Positions 28,473 to 39,697 of a stretch of 52,256 nucleotides of DNA are shown here, piece after piece (the stretch's first letter is position 1; the number at the start of each line of letters is the position of its first letter). The notes below the pieces were generated by a model that ran no database searches, was not told where the DNA came from, and was given only the letters and a program-made list of their open reading frames with translations. This stretch comes from Limisphaerales bacterium (lineage in GTDB: Bacteria; Patescibacteriota; Microgenomatia; UBA1406; GWC2-37-13), in NCBI GenBank assembly GCA_044356445.1, contig JBIKWE010000001.1:1-52256 (forward strand), read 5' to 3'. The position numbers and the translations under genes were made by a program.

Positions 28473-29964
28473 TTTATATCTTAAAGAAATCGAAAAAGAG
28501 TTGACACAACAAAAAGGAGTCTCGACTCAACAAAAACAAATTGGCATCGTGACTGAAGTTAAGGATGGAGTTGTGACGCTTAGCGGACTTGATGAGATTG
28601 GTTATGGAGACTTGATTGAATTTGAGAATGGAGAGCGCGCAATGGTTATTGATTTATTTGAGGACGCGGTTGGAGCTATCGTTCTTGGCGATTATTTGGG
28701 AATTACCGCCGGACAGACAGTTAAAGGAACTGGAATAACGCTTTCTATTCCTGTATCTGATGAAGTTATTGGGCGAGTTCTTGATCCGCTTATGAGACCT
28801 CAAGATGGCGGATCTTCTATAAAATCCAAAACAATGTATCCAATTGAGAGAACTGCACCCGGGATTGTGAGAAGAAAATCAGTTTCACAACCACTTCAAA
28901 CGGGAATAAAAGCCATTGATGCCTTGATCCCAATTGGAAGAGGGCAACGAGAGTTGATTATTGGAGATAGAGGCACGGGAAAAACAACAATTGCGGTGGA
29001 TACTATTTTAAATCAAAAGGGAAATGGTGTGATTTGTGTATATTGTGCCATTGCTCAAAAAAGCTCCAAGGTGGCAACTCTTGTTGAACTTCTCAAGAGT
29101 CGTCAAGCCATGGATTACACAGTTGTTGTTTCGGCAACCGCCTCAGATCCTGTTACATTACAGTATATGGCTCCATATGCCGCAACTGCCGTTGCTGAGT
29201 ATTTTATGGATCAAGGAAAAGATGTCTTAATAATTTATGATGATTTGTCAAAGCATGCATGGGCATATCGTCAAATATCTCTAATATTAAGAAGGCCAGC
29301 AGGTCGCGAAGCGTATCCCGGAGATGTTTTTTATCTTCACTCAAGATTGCTTGAAAGATCCGCACGAATTCATCCTGATTATGGAGGCGGGTCGATAACC
29401 TCGTTGCCTATAATCGAAACTTTGGAAAATGATGTTTCGGCATATATCCCAACAAACGTTATCTCAATTACAGATGGACAGATATTTCTTGAAACAGACT
29501 TATTTAACTCAGGTGTCAGACCGGCTGTAAATGTTGGTTTATCAGTGTCTCGTGTCGGATCATCAGCACAAACTAAAGCTATGAAGCAAGTTGCTGGAAA
29601 ACTAAAACTTGATTTGGCACAATATCGTGAATTATCAGCATTCTCTCAATTTGAATCTGACCTTGACCCTGAGACAAAAAAACAACTTAATCGCGGTGCC
29701 AAAATGACAGAGATTTTGAAACAAAAAAACAGTAATCCATATAGTTTAGCGGAACAAGTTTCTATTATTTGGGCAGTTGGAAAAGGCTTTCTTGACGAGC
29801 TTACTTTAAGACAGGTTGCTGATTTTGAGGGTAAGTTCTTGGATGATTTAAGACTTAGAGGATCTAAAATTTTATCAACCATTCAAAAGGAAGAAGTTAT
29901 TTCTGAAGCGATGGAACAGGAACTTGAGAAATACGTCAAATCCAACTTGCCAGAGATAAAATAA
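28459..29964 (+). CDS. atpA: F1 ATP synthase subunit alpha
   Basis: Walker A GDRGTGKT, LIIYDDLSKHA, PAGREAYPGDVFYLHSRLLER. Confidence 0.97.
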   Translation: MKQLDLYLKEIEKELTQQKGVSTQQKQIGIVTEVKDGVVTLSGLDEIGYGDLIEFENGERAMVIDLFEDAVGAIVLGDYLGITAGQTVKGTGITLSIPVSDEVIGRVLDPLMRPQDGGSSIKSKTMYPIERTAPGIVRRKSVSQPLQTGIKAIDALIPIGRGQRELIIGDRGTGKTTIAVDTILNQKGNGVICVYCAIAQKSSKVATLVELLKSRQAMDYTVVVSATASDPVTLQYMAPYAATAVAEYFMDQGKDVLIIYDDLSKHAWAYRQISLILRRPAGREAYPGDVFYLHSRLLERSARIHPDYGGGSITSLPIIETLENDVSAYIPTNVISITDGQIFLETDLFNSGVRPAVNVGLSVSRVGSSAQTKAMKQVAGKLKLDLAQYRELSAFSQFESDLDPETKKQLNRGAKMTEILKQKNSNPYSLAEQVSIIWAVGKGFLDELTLRQVADFEGKFLDDLRLRGSKILSTIQKEEVISEAMEQELEKYVKSNLPEIK

Positions 29965-29981
29965 TTTAACGATGCATTTGT

Positions 29982-30854
29982 ATGAACCTAAGGACGGTTA
30001 GAAAAAAAATCAAATCCATAAAGAATGTGCGAAAAATTACAAAAGCCATGCAAATGGTTTCTGCGGTTAAAATGAGAAAAGCGCAACAGCTTGAAGTGGA
30101 AGGTCGAGCATACAGAGAGGGTTTAAGGGAAATTATCGGTAAAATAGCAGCCAAAATTGATCTTAAATCAATTAAATTATTTGATGTGGATACATCAGAA
30201 GCAAATAGAGAGCTTGTACTTGTTATCTCGTCAAATAAAGGTTTAGCCGGGTCTTTTAATGTAAATATAATGAAGGGGTCACTTTCTTACATTAAAGATT
30301 TTTCAAAAACTGACATTGTAACAGTTGGATCAAAGGGATCACAGTTTTTTGCAAGAGTACAGAATGCAAATGTCCTAGCTGATTTTTCACATAAAAATCC
30401 AATTATTCAGGTTTCAGCAATTTTTGACTATATCTTAAACGCTTATAATTCAGGGTCATATAAAAAAATATCTTTAATATATAGCAAATATATAAGCACC
30501 ACAAAATCGGATATCCGTGTAGAAACTTTATTGCCGTTTGAAAACATAATAAGTGAGATAGCCAATCTTAAGGCTGAGTCAAAGATTGCTCACCACTCTG
30601 AGCTAATAATTGAGCCCAATCCGATTGTTATTGTAAAAGAGATACTAATGAGCTTTTTAGAAAATGATATCAGAGGGGCAATTTTAAGTAGTGAAGCAGT
30701 TGAGCACTCAGCGCGTATGATGGCAATGAAGAGTGCAACGGATAACGCTACCGAGATTATATATCAGATGACGCTATTATCAAACAGGTTAAGACAAGAG
30801 AAAATTACCAATGAGTTGCTTGATATGATAACGGCAAAAGAAAGTGTGTCTTAA
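29982..30854 (+). CDS. atpG: F1 ATP synthase subunit gamma
   Basis: IKSIKNVRKITKAMQMVSAVKMRKAQ N-terminus and ITNELLDMI C-terminus. Confidence 0.92.
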   Translation: MNLRTVRKKIKSIKNVRKITKAMQMVSAVKMRKAQQLEVEGRAYREGLREIIGKIAAKIDLKSIKLFDVDTSEANRELVLVISSNKGLAGSFNVNIMKGSLSYIKDFSKTDIVTVGSKGSQFFARVQNANVLADFSHKNPIIQVSAIFDYILNAYNSGSYKKISLIYSKYISTTKSDIRVETLLPFENIISEIANLKAESKIAHHSELIIEPNPIVIVKEILMSFLENDIRGAILSSEAVEHSARMMAMKSATDNATEIIYQMTLLSNRLRQEKITNELLDMITAKESVS

Positions 30855-30890
30855 TTACAAGTTTGATTTAAAAAAATTATTAAATTATAA

Positions 30891-32276
<1,386 letters not shown>

Positions 32277-32281
32277 TATGT

Positions 32282-32692
32282 ATGCTAAATGTAAGAATAA
32301 TCACCCCAAAGAAACTGGTAAGAGAGATTGAAGCAACATCTCTGATTATTCCAACGGTTGATGGCGAAATTACAATACTACCAAAACATGCTCATCTGCT
32401 TGCCTCATTAAAAGAGGGTGTCATTACAATAAGGATTAAGGATAAAGAAGAGTATTTGTCTATTGGCGGCGGATATGTTGAGACAGATGGATTATCAGTT
32501 AAGATATTAGTTTCTAAAGCTTATGGTCAAGACGAAATTAATGAGGAGTTAACAAAAGAGGCTTTAAACAACGCTAAAAAAATATTAACTGAAGTTAAAG
32601 ATAAAAAAGACCGCGAAGAAGCTTTATCCCAGATAAGAAGATCTGTTGTGGATATGAAGTTGTTGTCAAAGATTAAAAAGAAGACACATTAA
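32282..32692 (+). CDS. atpC: F1 ATP synthase subunit epsilon
   Basis: 136 aa, beta-sandwich N-terminus (IPTVDGEITILPKHAHL) plus helical C-terminus. Last gene of the operon. Confidence 0.85.
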   Translation: MLNVRIITPKKLVREIEATSLIIPTVDGEITILPKHAHLLASLKEGVITIRIKDKEEYLSIGGGYVETDGLSVKILVSKAYGQDEINEELTKEALNNAKKILTEVKDKKDREEALSQIRRSVVDMKLLSKIKKKTH

Positions 32693-32712
32693 TTTCGTGT
32701 ATAATTGCCTTC

Positions 32713-34785
32713 ATGTCACTTATTGTTGTTGAATCCCCAACCAAAGCTAGAACCTTTAACCGAATCCTTAAAACAAAGGATTGGGGAGAAAATTATTTTG
32801 TATTTGCAACCGTTGGTCACTTTAGAGATTTGCCAGCCGATAAAATGGGCGTTGATATCAAACATAATTTTCAGCCTTCTTACACCATACTTGAAAAAAA
32901 AATGGCTATGGTTGAAAAGTTAAAAGAGCTCGCCAAAGAACATAAAGATATTATCTTAGCAACTGACGCAGACCGCGAAGGCGAGTCAATATCGTTTCAT
33001 GTGGCAAGCATTTTAGGCTTAACAGAAGAAAAATGGCCAGATATAAATCTGGCTAAGGGCAAAAATTTAAAAAGAATTGTGTTTCATGAAATAACACCTT
33101 CAGCCTTAGAAGAGGCTCTTAACAATCCTGAAAATCTGCGACTTGACCTTGTTCAGGCTCAACAAGCTCGAAGAATTTTAGATAGAGTTGTGGGGTATCA
33201 AATGTCTCCACTTCTTTGGAAAAAAATGGGCAAAAATTGGTTATCCGCCGGACGAGTGCAGTCTGTTGCATTGAGGCTTATTGTAGAAAGGGAAAAAGAA
33301 ATTTTAGCTTTTGGCAAAGAGCCTTATTTTCAGATTTACGGGTTTTTTGGCAACGAAGGAACTTTAAAAGCAAGACTCATTAAAGAAAATGGTAAATCAA
33401 TTGACGAATCAACTAAGATTCAACTTTTTGAGGGAGATTACGAATTCTCAAAAACCATTATTAACAAAGAAAAAGCCGCCGAAATTGAGAATAATTTGAA
33501 ATCTGACATCTTTACCATAGAAAGACTTAATAAATCCACCGTTGCCAAATATCCTCCGCCCCCTTTTACAACATCGCTTCTACAGCAAGAAGCATTTAGG
33601 AGATTGAGCTTTCCATCTAAGCTAACAATGAGAATTGCTCAATCTTTGTACGAAAAAGGCCTTATAACTTATCATAGAACCGACTCTTTTAATCTTTCAG
33701 CCAAGTATGTTTTTCCGGCTAAAGATTACATCATCAATTCTTATGGTAAAAAATATGCACTTGAAAAACCAAGAGGATTTAGAACAAAAACAAAAAACGC
33801 TCAAGAGGCACATGAGGCAATTAGACCCACAAAAGCAGATAGACCTTTGAAAGATATTACAAATAAAAAACTGAGTCTTCAAGAAAAAAAACTGTACGAA
33901 CTTATATTTAATCGGGCATTAGCAACTCAAATGAAAGAGGCCGAAATTATTGAATCAAAAATATATATTAAATCTTCCAAAAATTATGAATTTGAAGCCA
34001 TTCATCAACAAGTTATCTTTGATGGTTACTTGAGAGTTTCTAATCCTCAGTTTGCCAAAAATAACACGATGCCACTTTATCAATATGAAGAATCGAGCCG
34101 CATTGAGTTAAATAAGATAGAGACAGAATCAAAAGAAACAAGACCACCCAACAGATACTCTGAAGCATCAATAATCAAAACACTTGAAGAAAAGGGGATT
34201 GGTAGGCCGTCAACCTACTCCTCAATAATCACCCTAATTATAGACAAGCATTACGTTGAAAAAGAGTCGCGTTATCTTAAGCCGACAGTTTTAGGATCAA
34301 GTATTTCTGATTATTTATCTTTGGCATTTCCACAAGTCTTAAACTTAACTTTTACAGCAAAAATGGAAGATGATCTTGATGAAATTGCAGGAGGTAAAAA
34401 GAAGGTCATAGAAGTGCTAAATGATTTTTACGCTCCATTTGAAGAATCGTTAAAAAAATCGACAAATGATGACACAAAAATCGACGTTGCAGAGGACAAA
34501 TTAGAGGAACCCTGTCCCAAATGTGGCTCAGATCTTGTTGCCAGATATGGAAAATATGGAAAATTTTACGCTTGCAAATCATATCCAACATGTAAATATA
34601 TAAAGCCGAATCTACGGTTTATTGACGGTTATTCATGCCCACAATGTGGAAAAAGAATTGTCATGCGTTTTAGCAAGGCTGGTCGTAAATTCTATGGATG
34701 CGAAGGGTATCCGGACTGCAAGCACCTATCTTGGGTGTTAGGTCCAAAAAATACCGAAACTAACTCACAGAGTGTAAAAAAATAA
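32713..34785 (+). CDS. topA: DNA topoisomerase I
   Basis: Toprim LIVVESPTKA and DADREGE, active-site region ITYHRTDS, two C-terminal C4 zinc ribbons (CPKCGSDL...CKSYPTC; CPQCGKRI...CEGYPDC). Confidence 0.96.
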   Translation: MSLIVVESPTKARTFNRILKTKDWGENYFVFATVGHFRDLPADKMGVDIKHNFQPSYTILEKKMAMVEKLKELAKEHKDIILATDADREGESISFHVASILGLTEEKWPDINLAKGKNLKRIVFHEITPSALEEALNNPENLRLDLVQAQQARRILDRVVGYQMSPLLWKKMGKNWLSAGRVQSVALRLIVEREKEILAFGKEPYFQIYGFFGNEGTLKARLIKENGKSIDESTKIQLFEGDYEFSKTIINKEKAAEIENNLKSDIFTIERLNKSTVAKYPPPPFTTSLLQQEAFRRLSFPSKLTMRIAQSLYEKGLITYHRTDSFNLSAKYVFPAKDYIINSYGKKYALEKPRGFRTKTKNAQEAHEAIRPTKADRPLKDITNKKLSLQEKKLYELIFNRALATQMKEAEIIESKIYIKSSKNYEFEAIHQQVIFDGYLRVSNPQFAKNNTMPLYQYEESSRIELNKIETESKETRPPNRYSEASIIKTLEEKGIGRPSTYSSIITLIIDKHYVEKESRYLKPTVLGSSISDYLSLAFPQVLNLTFTAKMEDDLDEIAGGKKKVIEVLNDFYAPFEESLKKSTNDDTKIDVAEDKLEEPCPKCGSDLVARYGKYGKFYACKSYPTCKYIKPNLRFIDGYSCPQCGKRIVMRFSKAGRKFYGCEGYPDCKHLSWVLGPKNTETNSQSVKK

Positions 34786-34848
34786 CACAACTTTAATTTT
34801 TGTATTATAGTTTCTATGTTTTTTTAAAAAAATGTTGTAAAATTATAT

Positions 34849-36552
34849 ATGCAAGGATTGAAATATATATTTGTATCAGGTGGAGTTATTTCCGGAATAG
34901 GGAAAGGTGTTACCACAGCTTCAATTGCACTTCTTCTTAAACAAGCAGGTTATGTAGTTTCGCCTATTAAGTTTGAAAACTATTTGAATGTTGACGCTGG
35001 CACAATAAACCCCATAGAGCACGGAGATCCCTTCTTGTGTGAAGACGGCACTGAGGCTGACATGGATATGGGTACGTACGAAAAGTTTTTAGGACAAAAT
35101 ATGACTAAAGACAATTTTGTAACCATGGGTAAGATATATCAAACAGTCATTGAAAGAGAGCGACGATTTGAGTACAAAGGTGAAGATGTTGAAGCAATCC
35201 CTCACATTACAGATGAAATTATAAAAAGAATTCATGATTTAGCCAAAAAAGATAAATCAGATATTATGATTGTGGAACTTGGTGGCACAGCAGGTGAGTA
35301 TCAAAACATTTTTTATTATGAAGCGTCAAGAATTTTGACGTTAAGACAACCCGATGATGTTATTCATGTTCATGTGAGCTATGTCCCAACACCTTCACAT
35401 ATCGGCGAACCAAAAACAAAGCCCACACAACTTTCTGTTAGAACTTTAAATTCAATGGGTATTCAGCCTGATTTTATAGTTGCTAGGTCCGATAAAATGT
35501 TAGATAAAAGAAGAAAAGACAGATTTGCGCTGTTTTGCAATATGCATCCATCAGAAATAATTTCTAATCCTGATCTTGACAATATTTATAAGATTCCCCT
35601 CACATTTCATGAACAACATTTTGAAAAAATGATCTTAGAAAAACTTAAGCTTAAAGAAAGAAAGCCAGATTTATCAGCTTGGCAAAAATTAGTTGATTCA
35701 ATAGTTGTGCCTAAAACAAAAATTGTTGAAATTGCCATAATTGGAAAATATTTTGGAACAGGAGAATATCAGCTAAAAGATTCTTATGCGGCATTATTTG
35801 ACGCCATAGATCATGCAAAATGGAGATTAGGTATAGACGTTAAAACAAAATGGATAAATTCTGAAAAACTTGAATTTAATAATATTGAAGAAACCATAAA
35901 ATACGAGAAAATTAAAAATATTCTGGGAAATCCTGACGGAATTATAGTTCCTATTGGGTGGGGTGAAAGGGGTTCAGAGGGAATGATTGAAGCGGCAAAT
36001 TATGCAAGAATTAAAAAAATACCGTACCTTGGTCTTTGTTACGGCATGCAGCTTGCGACAGTTGCGTTTGCAAGATATGTTTTAAATATAAAAGATGCTC
36101 AGACAGCAGAAAATCACCCAGATGCAAAAAATCAGATTGTGCATATTATTCCATCACAAAAAGAGCTTATGGCAAGGCGAGCCTACGGCGGGACAATGCG
36201 TTTGGGCAGTTGGGAGGCAAAGATTAAAAAAGATTCGCTTGCCTATGACCTTTACCAAAAGTATGGCGGACCAATAACTAAAGAGGGAATTACAAGCGAA
36301 AGACACAGGCACAGATATGAGTTTAATGATAAATACGCTGAAATTTTTGAGCTAAATGGTATGCACATTTCGGCAAGATCCGTTGTTGAAAACTTAGCTG
36401 AAATTATTGAGCTACCAAAAGATATGCATCCATTTTATATTGGCACACAAGGCCATCCCGAATATAAAAGTCAGCCATTATCTCCGCATCCCTTATTCCT
36501 TGGATTTCTTGAAGCTAGTAACTTTTACAAAACAATCAAAAAATCTGATTGA
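34849..36552 (+). CDS. pyrG: CTP synthase
   Basis: KYIFVSGGVISGIGKG N-terminus. Glutamine amidotransferase LGLCYGMQ and GTQGHPE. Confidence 0.97.
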   Translation: MQGLKYIFVSGGVISGIGKGVTTASIALLLKQAGYVVSPIKFENYLNVDAGTINPIEHGDPFLCEDGTEADMDMGTYEKFLGQNMTKDNFVTMGKIYQTVIERERRFEYKGEDVEAIPHITDEIIKRIHDLAKKDKSDIMIVELGGTAGEYQNIFYYEASRILTLRQPDDVIHVHVSYVPTPSHIGEPKTKPTQLSVRTLNSMGIQPDFIVARSDKMLDKRRKDRFALFCNMHPSEIISNPDLDNIYKIPLTFHEQHFEKMILEKLKLKERKPDLSAWQKLVDSIVVPKTKIVEIAIIGKYFGTGEYQLKDSYAALFDAIDHAKWRLGIDVKTKWINSEKLEFNNIEETIKYEKIKNILGNPDGIIVPIGWGERGSEGMIEAANYARIKKIPYLGLCYGMQLATVAFARYVLNIKDAQTAENHPDAKNQIVHIIPSQKELMARRAYGGTMRLGSWEAKIKKDSLAYDLYQKYGGPITKEGITSERHRHRYEFNDKYAEIFELNGMHISARSVVENLAEIIELPKDMHPFYIGTQGHPEYKSQPLSPHPLFLGFLEASNFYKTIKKSD

Positions 36553-36586
36553 TTTTTATAGTATTTAACCGTATAATATCTTTTTT

Positions 36587-36922
36587 ATGGCAAACTCAAT
36601 TTCATTTAAGGACAAACTTTTAACAATAGGAGATACAATTTGTGTTGATTATAAAATTCTTGAAGCAGAAAACAAAGAGCGTATTCAAGAGTTTTCAGGA
36701 ATAGTTTTAAAAATAAGAGGAGCTACACCTGAGACTAAGATGATTACAGTCCGCAAGATTTCAAAAAGCGGAACTGGAGTTGAACGCATTTTTCCATTAT
36801 CTTCACCGTTTATCTCTGATATTAGAGTTGAAAAGCGATCCTTATTCTCAAAGGCAAGAGCATACTTTGTCAGAGATCTCTCACAAAAGAAAATACGCCA
36901 ACGTTTATACAAAAATACATAA
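36587..36922 (+). CDS. rplS: 50S ribosomal protein L19
   Basis: 111 aa. ERIQEFSGIVLKIRG...ITVRKISKSGTGVERIFPLSSP matches the L19 pattern. Confidence 0.95.
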   Translation: MANSISFKDKLLTIGDTICVDYKILEAENKERIQEFSGIVLKIRGATPETKMITVRKISKSGTGVERIFPLSSPFISDIRVEKRSLFSKARAYFVRDLSQKKIRQRLYKNT

Positions 36923-36932
36923 CTCTTCAAGA

Positions 36933-37304
36933 ATGATCAATATCCCTGACATGCATAATAAGTCAGTTGGACGAATAGGTGAAGACTTAACAGCAGCTCA
37001 CCTAATTGAAAATGGCTATCAGATAATTGAACGAAACTATACTTCACGATGGGGTGAAATCGATATAATTTCTCAAAAAGATAATGTTCTAATTTTTGTT
37101 GAAGTTAAAACTAAAATAGGGGATAAGTTTGGTAAACCTTGGGAAGCTGTCACTTTTTCTAAATTAAAAAAATTAAATCGCTCTATACAATATTATTTAA
37201 CTAGTAATAATATAAAAGATATCAAATGTCGCATAGATGTAGTGGCCATTGAGTTGACAACATATAAGACCTTAAAATCTCTAAAAATTTATGAAGGTCG
37301 ATAA
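36933..37304 (+). CDS. yraN: YraN family (UPF0102) putative endonuclease
   Basis: GRIGEDLTAAHLIENGYQIIERNYTSRWGEIDIISQKDNVLIFVEVK is the family signature. Start taken at ATG 36933; the track start at 36780 overlaps rplS. Confidence 0.72.
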   Translation: MINIPDMHNKSVGRIGEDLTAAHLIENGYQIIERNYTSRWGEIDIISQKDNVLIFVEVKTKIGDKFGKPWEAVTFSKLKKLNRSIQYYLTSNNIKDIKCRIDVVAIELTTYKTLKSLKIYEGR

Positions 37305-37363
37305 GATGCTTGGAAAAAAATTAAAAATTTTGTTAAAATATCCTTTAGCTGTTTTTTTTAAAC

Positions 37364-37436
37364 GGCCCCATCATCTAGAGGCCTAGGATACCGGGCTTTC
37401 ATCCCGGACACACGGGTTCGAATCCCGTTGGGGTCA
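37364..37436 (+). tRNA. tRNA-Glu (anticodon TTC)
   Basis: GGCCCCA acceptor, TCTAGAGGCCTAGGA D region typical of tRNA-Glu, anticodon arm CCGGG-CTTTCAT-CCCGG, T arm ACGGG-TTCGAAT-CCCGT, discriminator A. Confidence 0.9.
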
Positions 37437-37524
37437 CAATTTCAACGGGTAGGGAGAAGTGACGGTATGAAATACCTAGTCCCGTTGGGAAATCCCGCTT
37501 CTGGTCACCAAAATCATTTTTTTT
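37437..37524 (+). other. Structured tRNA-Glu trailer with echoes of the tRNA 3' end, ending in a T8 run (possible small RNA or tRNA remnant)
   Basis: CAACGGG (37443-37449) pairs with CCCGTTG (37481-37487). Inner hairpin GGTAT-GAA-ATACC (37464-37476). TCCCGTTGGG repeats tRNA positions 37423-37432. AATCCCG...GGTCAC (37491-37508) echoes 37421-37437. T8 run at 37517-37524. Confidence 0.3.
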
Positions 37525-37754
37525 AAAATCAATCTGTAAAACAGAAGTAGTAATATAAGAGATTTTTAAAATCATACAAGCAAGATCTCTGCGCTTGATG
37601 CTTTAAAATATGAATAAGAAAAAAGAGCTATAATAATTTTATGGTTTGGTGTTTTTCAAAACTACCTAATTTTTTATAAAAGTAAACTGCTTAATAAATT
37701 TATAAAAAGAATAATTTAATACCATTTGTAAAATAATGTGCTAAATTAAATTAT

Positions 37755-38201
37755 ATGACAAAATTTAATCTTTTTTTAATTATTGTAGTTGTTTTTTTGG
37801 TGTCAGGAGCTGTATTTTACAGATTTAATTTAAACAATGAGAAAGTAGACATGACAACTTCCACTAAATCAAACATAGCAAATACTATTGGTTACCTTGA
37901 GTTTTCACCTGAGAATCAAACATCTGCAAAATTTAAAGGAAAAAGCTTATTATTTTTTGCAGCGACTACATGGTGTCAAACCTGTTCTGAATTGGATAAA
38001 GAGATTTTGAAACGAATAAATGAGGCGCCTTCAGATTTAACAATACTAAAAGTTGATTACGATAACGATAAAGAGATGAAAAAACAATATAATATCACAG
38101 TTCAGCATACGCTTGTACTTCTTGATGAAGATGGGGTAGAGTTGGATCGTTGGGTTGGAGGTGGACTTGATAACATATTGGAGCGAATACAAAAAAGTTA
38201 A
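37755..38201 (+). CDS. Membrane-anchored thioredoxin-fold protein
   Basis: N-terminal TM and CxxC as WCQTC in a thioredoxin-like context (LLFFAATTWCQTCSELD). Confidence 0.72.
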   Translation: MTKFNLFLIIVVVFLVSGAVFYRFNLNNEKVDMTTSTKSNIANTIGYLEFSPENQTSAKFKGKSLLFFAATTWCQTCSELDKEILKRINEAPSDLTILKVDYDNDKEMKKQYNITVQHTLVLLDEDGVELDRWVGGGLDNILERIQKS

Positions 38202-38202
38202 A

Positions 38203-38937
38203 ATGTTTTTGCTTTTACCTATTGTTTTTATTTCAGGAGTTTTGACAGTATTTTCCCCATGTGTTTTGCCAATTTTGCCAATTGTTCTTGCCAGTGGCAT
38301 TGATGGAAATATAAACAGAATAAGAGGAACAATTTTAGGTCTTATATTTAGTTTTACTACAGCTTCATTGCTACTTGCAACTTTTGTCAGGGTGATGAAT
38401 GTACAGGCTGATACAGTTAGACTTTTTGCCGTAATTTTGCTAATTATTTTAAGCATTAGTTTGATTTTTCCCTCTGTTTGGGAATTAATTCAAGTTTTTA
38501 TAGAAAAATTTTGGCGTTTTCAACCTAAAAAAGTTGAAGGTGGTTTTTTTGGAGGGTTTCTAACTGGCATTAGCTTAGGAATTGTTTGGACTCCTTGTAT
38601 AGGGCCGATAGTTGCAACGGTTGCGACTCTTGCTGCGGTAAGCTCTATAAATTTATTATCTATTATTATAGTTCTCACCTACGCAATAGGCACTGGCTTA
38701 CCTCTATATTTCATAGCAAAAGGTGGAAAAAGCGTTTCTGAAAGAGTTGCCTTTTTTAAACAAAAAAATCAAAAAGTAAGGCAGATTTTTGGAATAATTG
38801 TTCTTGCTTCAGCTCTTTTTATCTGGTCTGGTGCAGATCGTGCATTTCAAGCATGGACTCTCTCTAATTTGCCTGAATTCTGGACACAGTTACCATCAAC
38901 ATTTGAGAACATTTTTAATGTTGAATCTCAGTTCTAA
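38203..38937 (+). CDS. ccdA: CcdA/DsbD-family thiol:disulfide electron transporter
   Basis: Six TM helices with the two conserved Cys motifs FSPCVLPILP and WTPCIGPIV. Start at ATG 38203, 1 nt after the thioredoxin gene stop. Confidence 0.8.
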   Translation: MFLLLPIVFISGVLTVFSPCVLPILPIVLASGIDGNINRIRGTILGLIFSFTTASLLLATFVRVMNVQADTVRLFAVILLIILSISLIFPSVWELIQVFIEKFWRFQPKKVEGGFFGGFLTGISLGIVWTPCIGPIVATVATLAAVSSINLLSIIIVLTYAIGTGLPLYFIAKGGKSVSERVAFFKQKNQKVRQIFGIIVLASALFIWSGADRAFQAWTLSNLPEFWTQLPSTFENIFNVESQF

Positions 38938-39023
38938 TGGTTTTAAATATCAAAATACGTCTATATGAAAAAGCGTCAATTTTTTTGTGATTTATTAAAT
39001 CATAATAAAATCATAAAAAAATA

Positions 39024-39473
39024 TTAAAGGATGGATTTTATCGTAATTTTTTTAATAAAACCATTAATTTCAAGCTCGACCGATTCTCCAACTTTTTTAT
39101 TTAAAATAACCTTTCCTATCGGCGAAAGGTATGAAATGTAACCTTTTGAAGGATCAGCCTCATGCGAGCCAACAACCTTGTATTCAAAATCTTTCCCATT
39201 TATCTCAAGAGATACCCGGCAACCTATCTCAATTTTAGATGTACCAGATGGAGCAACAACTTTAGATCTATTTTTTAAACTATTTAAATAAGATATTCGA
39301 TTAGATGTTTGCCTTAACTTTGATTTTGCAACGCGGTATGCCGCATTTTCGCTTCTGTCACCAAGTTCGCTGGCTTTTTTAAGCTCTGAGACAAGGTATG
39401 GCATTGAATTTTCAAGTTCTTGAATTTCGTTTACCAAGTTGTTAAAGCCTTCACTTGTAAAAAGTATATTCAT
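39024..39473 (-). CDS. greA: Transcription elongation factor GreA
   Basis: N-terminal coiled coil with LGDRSENAAY. C-terminal domain ISYLSPIGKVILNKKVGESVEL. Confidence 0.87.
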   Translation of the reverse strand: MNILFTSEGFNNLVNEIQELENSMPYLVSELKKASELGDRSENAAYRVAKSKLRQTSNRISYLNSLKNRSKVVAPSGTSKIEIGCRVSLEINGKDFEYKVVGSHEADPSKGYISYLSPIGKVILNKKVGESVELEINGFIKKITIKSIL

Positions 39474-39506
39474 ATACGTAGATTATGGCAGAAAAAAACA
39501 AAATTG

Positions 39507-39578
39507 TGAGCCCGCCGAGACTCGAACTCGGAACCAATAGCTTAAAAGGCTACTGCTCTACCATTGAGCTACGGGCCC
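39507..39578 (-). tRNA. tRNA-Lys (anticodon TTT)
   Basis: Reverse complement: GGGCCCG-TA-GCTC-AATGGTA-GAGC-A-GTAGC-CTTTTAA-GCTAT-TGGTT-CCGAG-TTCGAGT-CTCGG-CGGGCTC-A. Confidence 0.9.
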
Positions 39579-39662
39579 AAAAATTAAATTAATCTTATAT
39601 TTTACCATAGATAGCATTTCTTTAGGTGTAATATTTAATATTTCTATAACGATGAAGTCTTA

Positions 39663-39691
39663 TTGACAAATGCAAACAACTTGCATATAAT
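39663..39691 (+). promoter_or_regulatory. Consensus promoter of znuABC-ddl (TTGACA-17 nt-TATAAT)
   Basis: TTGACA at 39663-39668 and TATAAT at 39686-39691. The ATG at 39698 is 6 nt after the -10. Confidence 0.6.
39670..39686. promoter_or_regulatory. Palindrome ATGCAA-N5-TTGCAT in the znu promoter spacer (candidate metalloregulator operator)
   Basis: Perfect 6-bp arms (39670-39675 and 39681-39686) between the -35 and -10, the classical position for Zur-type repression. Confidence 0.35.
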
Positions 39692-39697
39692 CAAGAT

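Noticed and set aside
32705-32923. 72-aa ORF overlapping the topA 5' end, and a similar ORF at 27289-27480 bridging atpB and atpE.
   Set aside because: Both are out-of-frame overlaps with conserved genes, and neither has independent support.
36780-36932. N-terminal extension of the YraN ORF (track start 36780).
   Set aside because: It would overlap almost half of rplS in another frame. The YraN family signature begins right after ATG 36933.
37437-37510. A second tRNA gene immediately downstream of tRNA-Glu (the segment ends in GGTCACCA).
   Set aside because: No 7-bp acceptor stem, D arm or 5-bp/7-nt anticodon arm can be drawn. I kept it only as a tRNA-derived or structured element.
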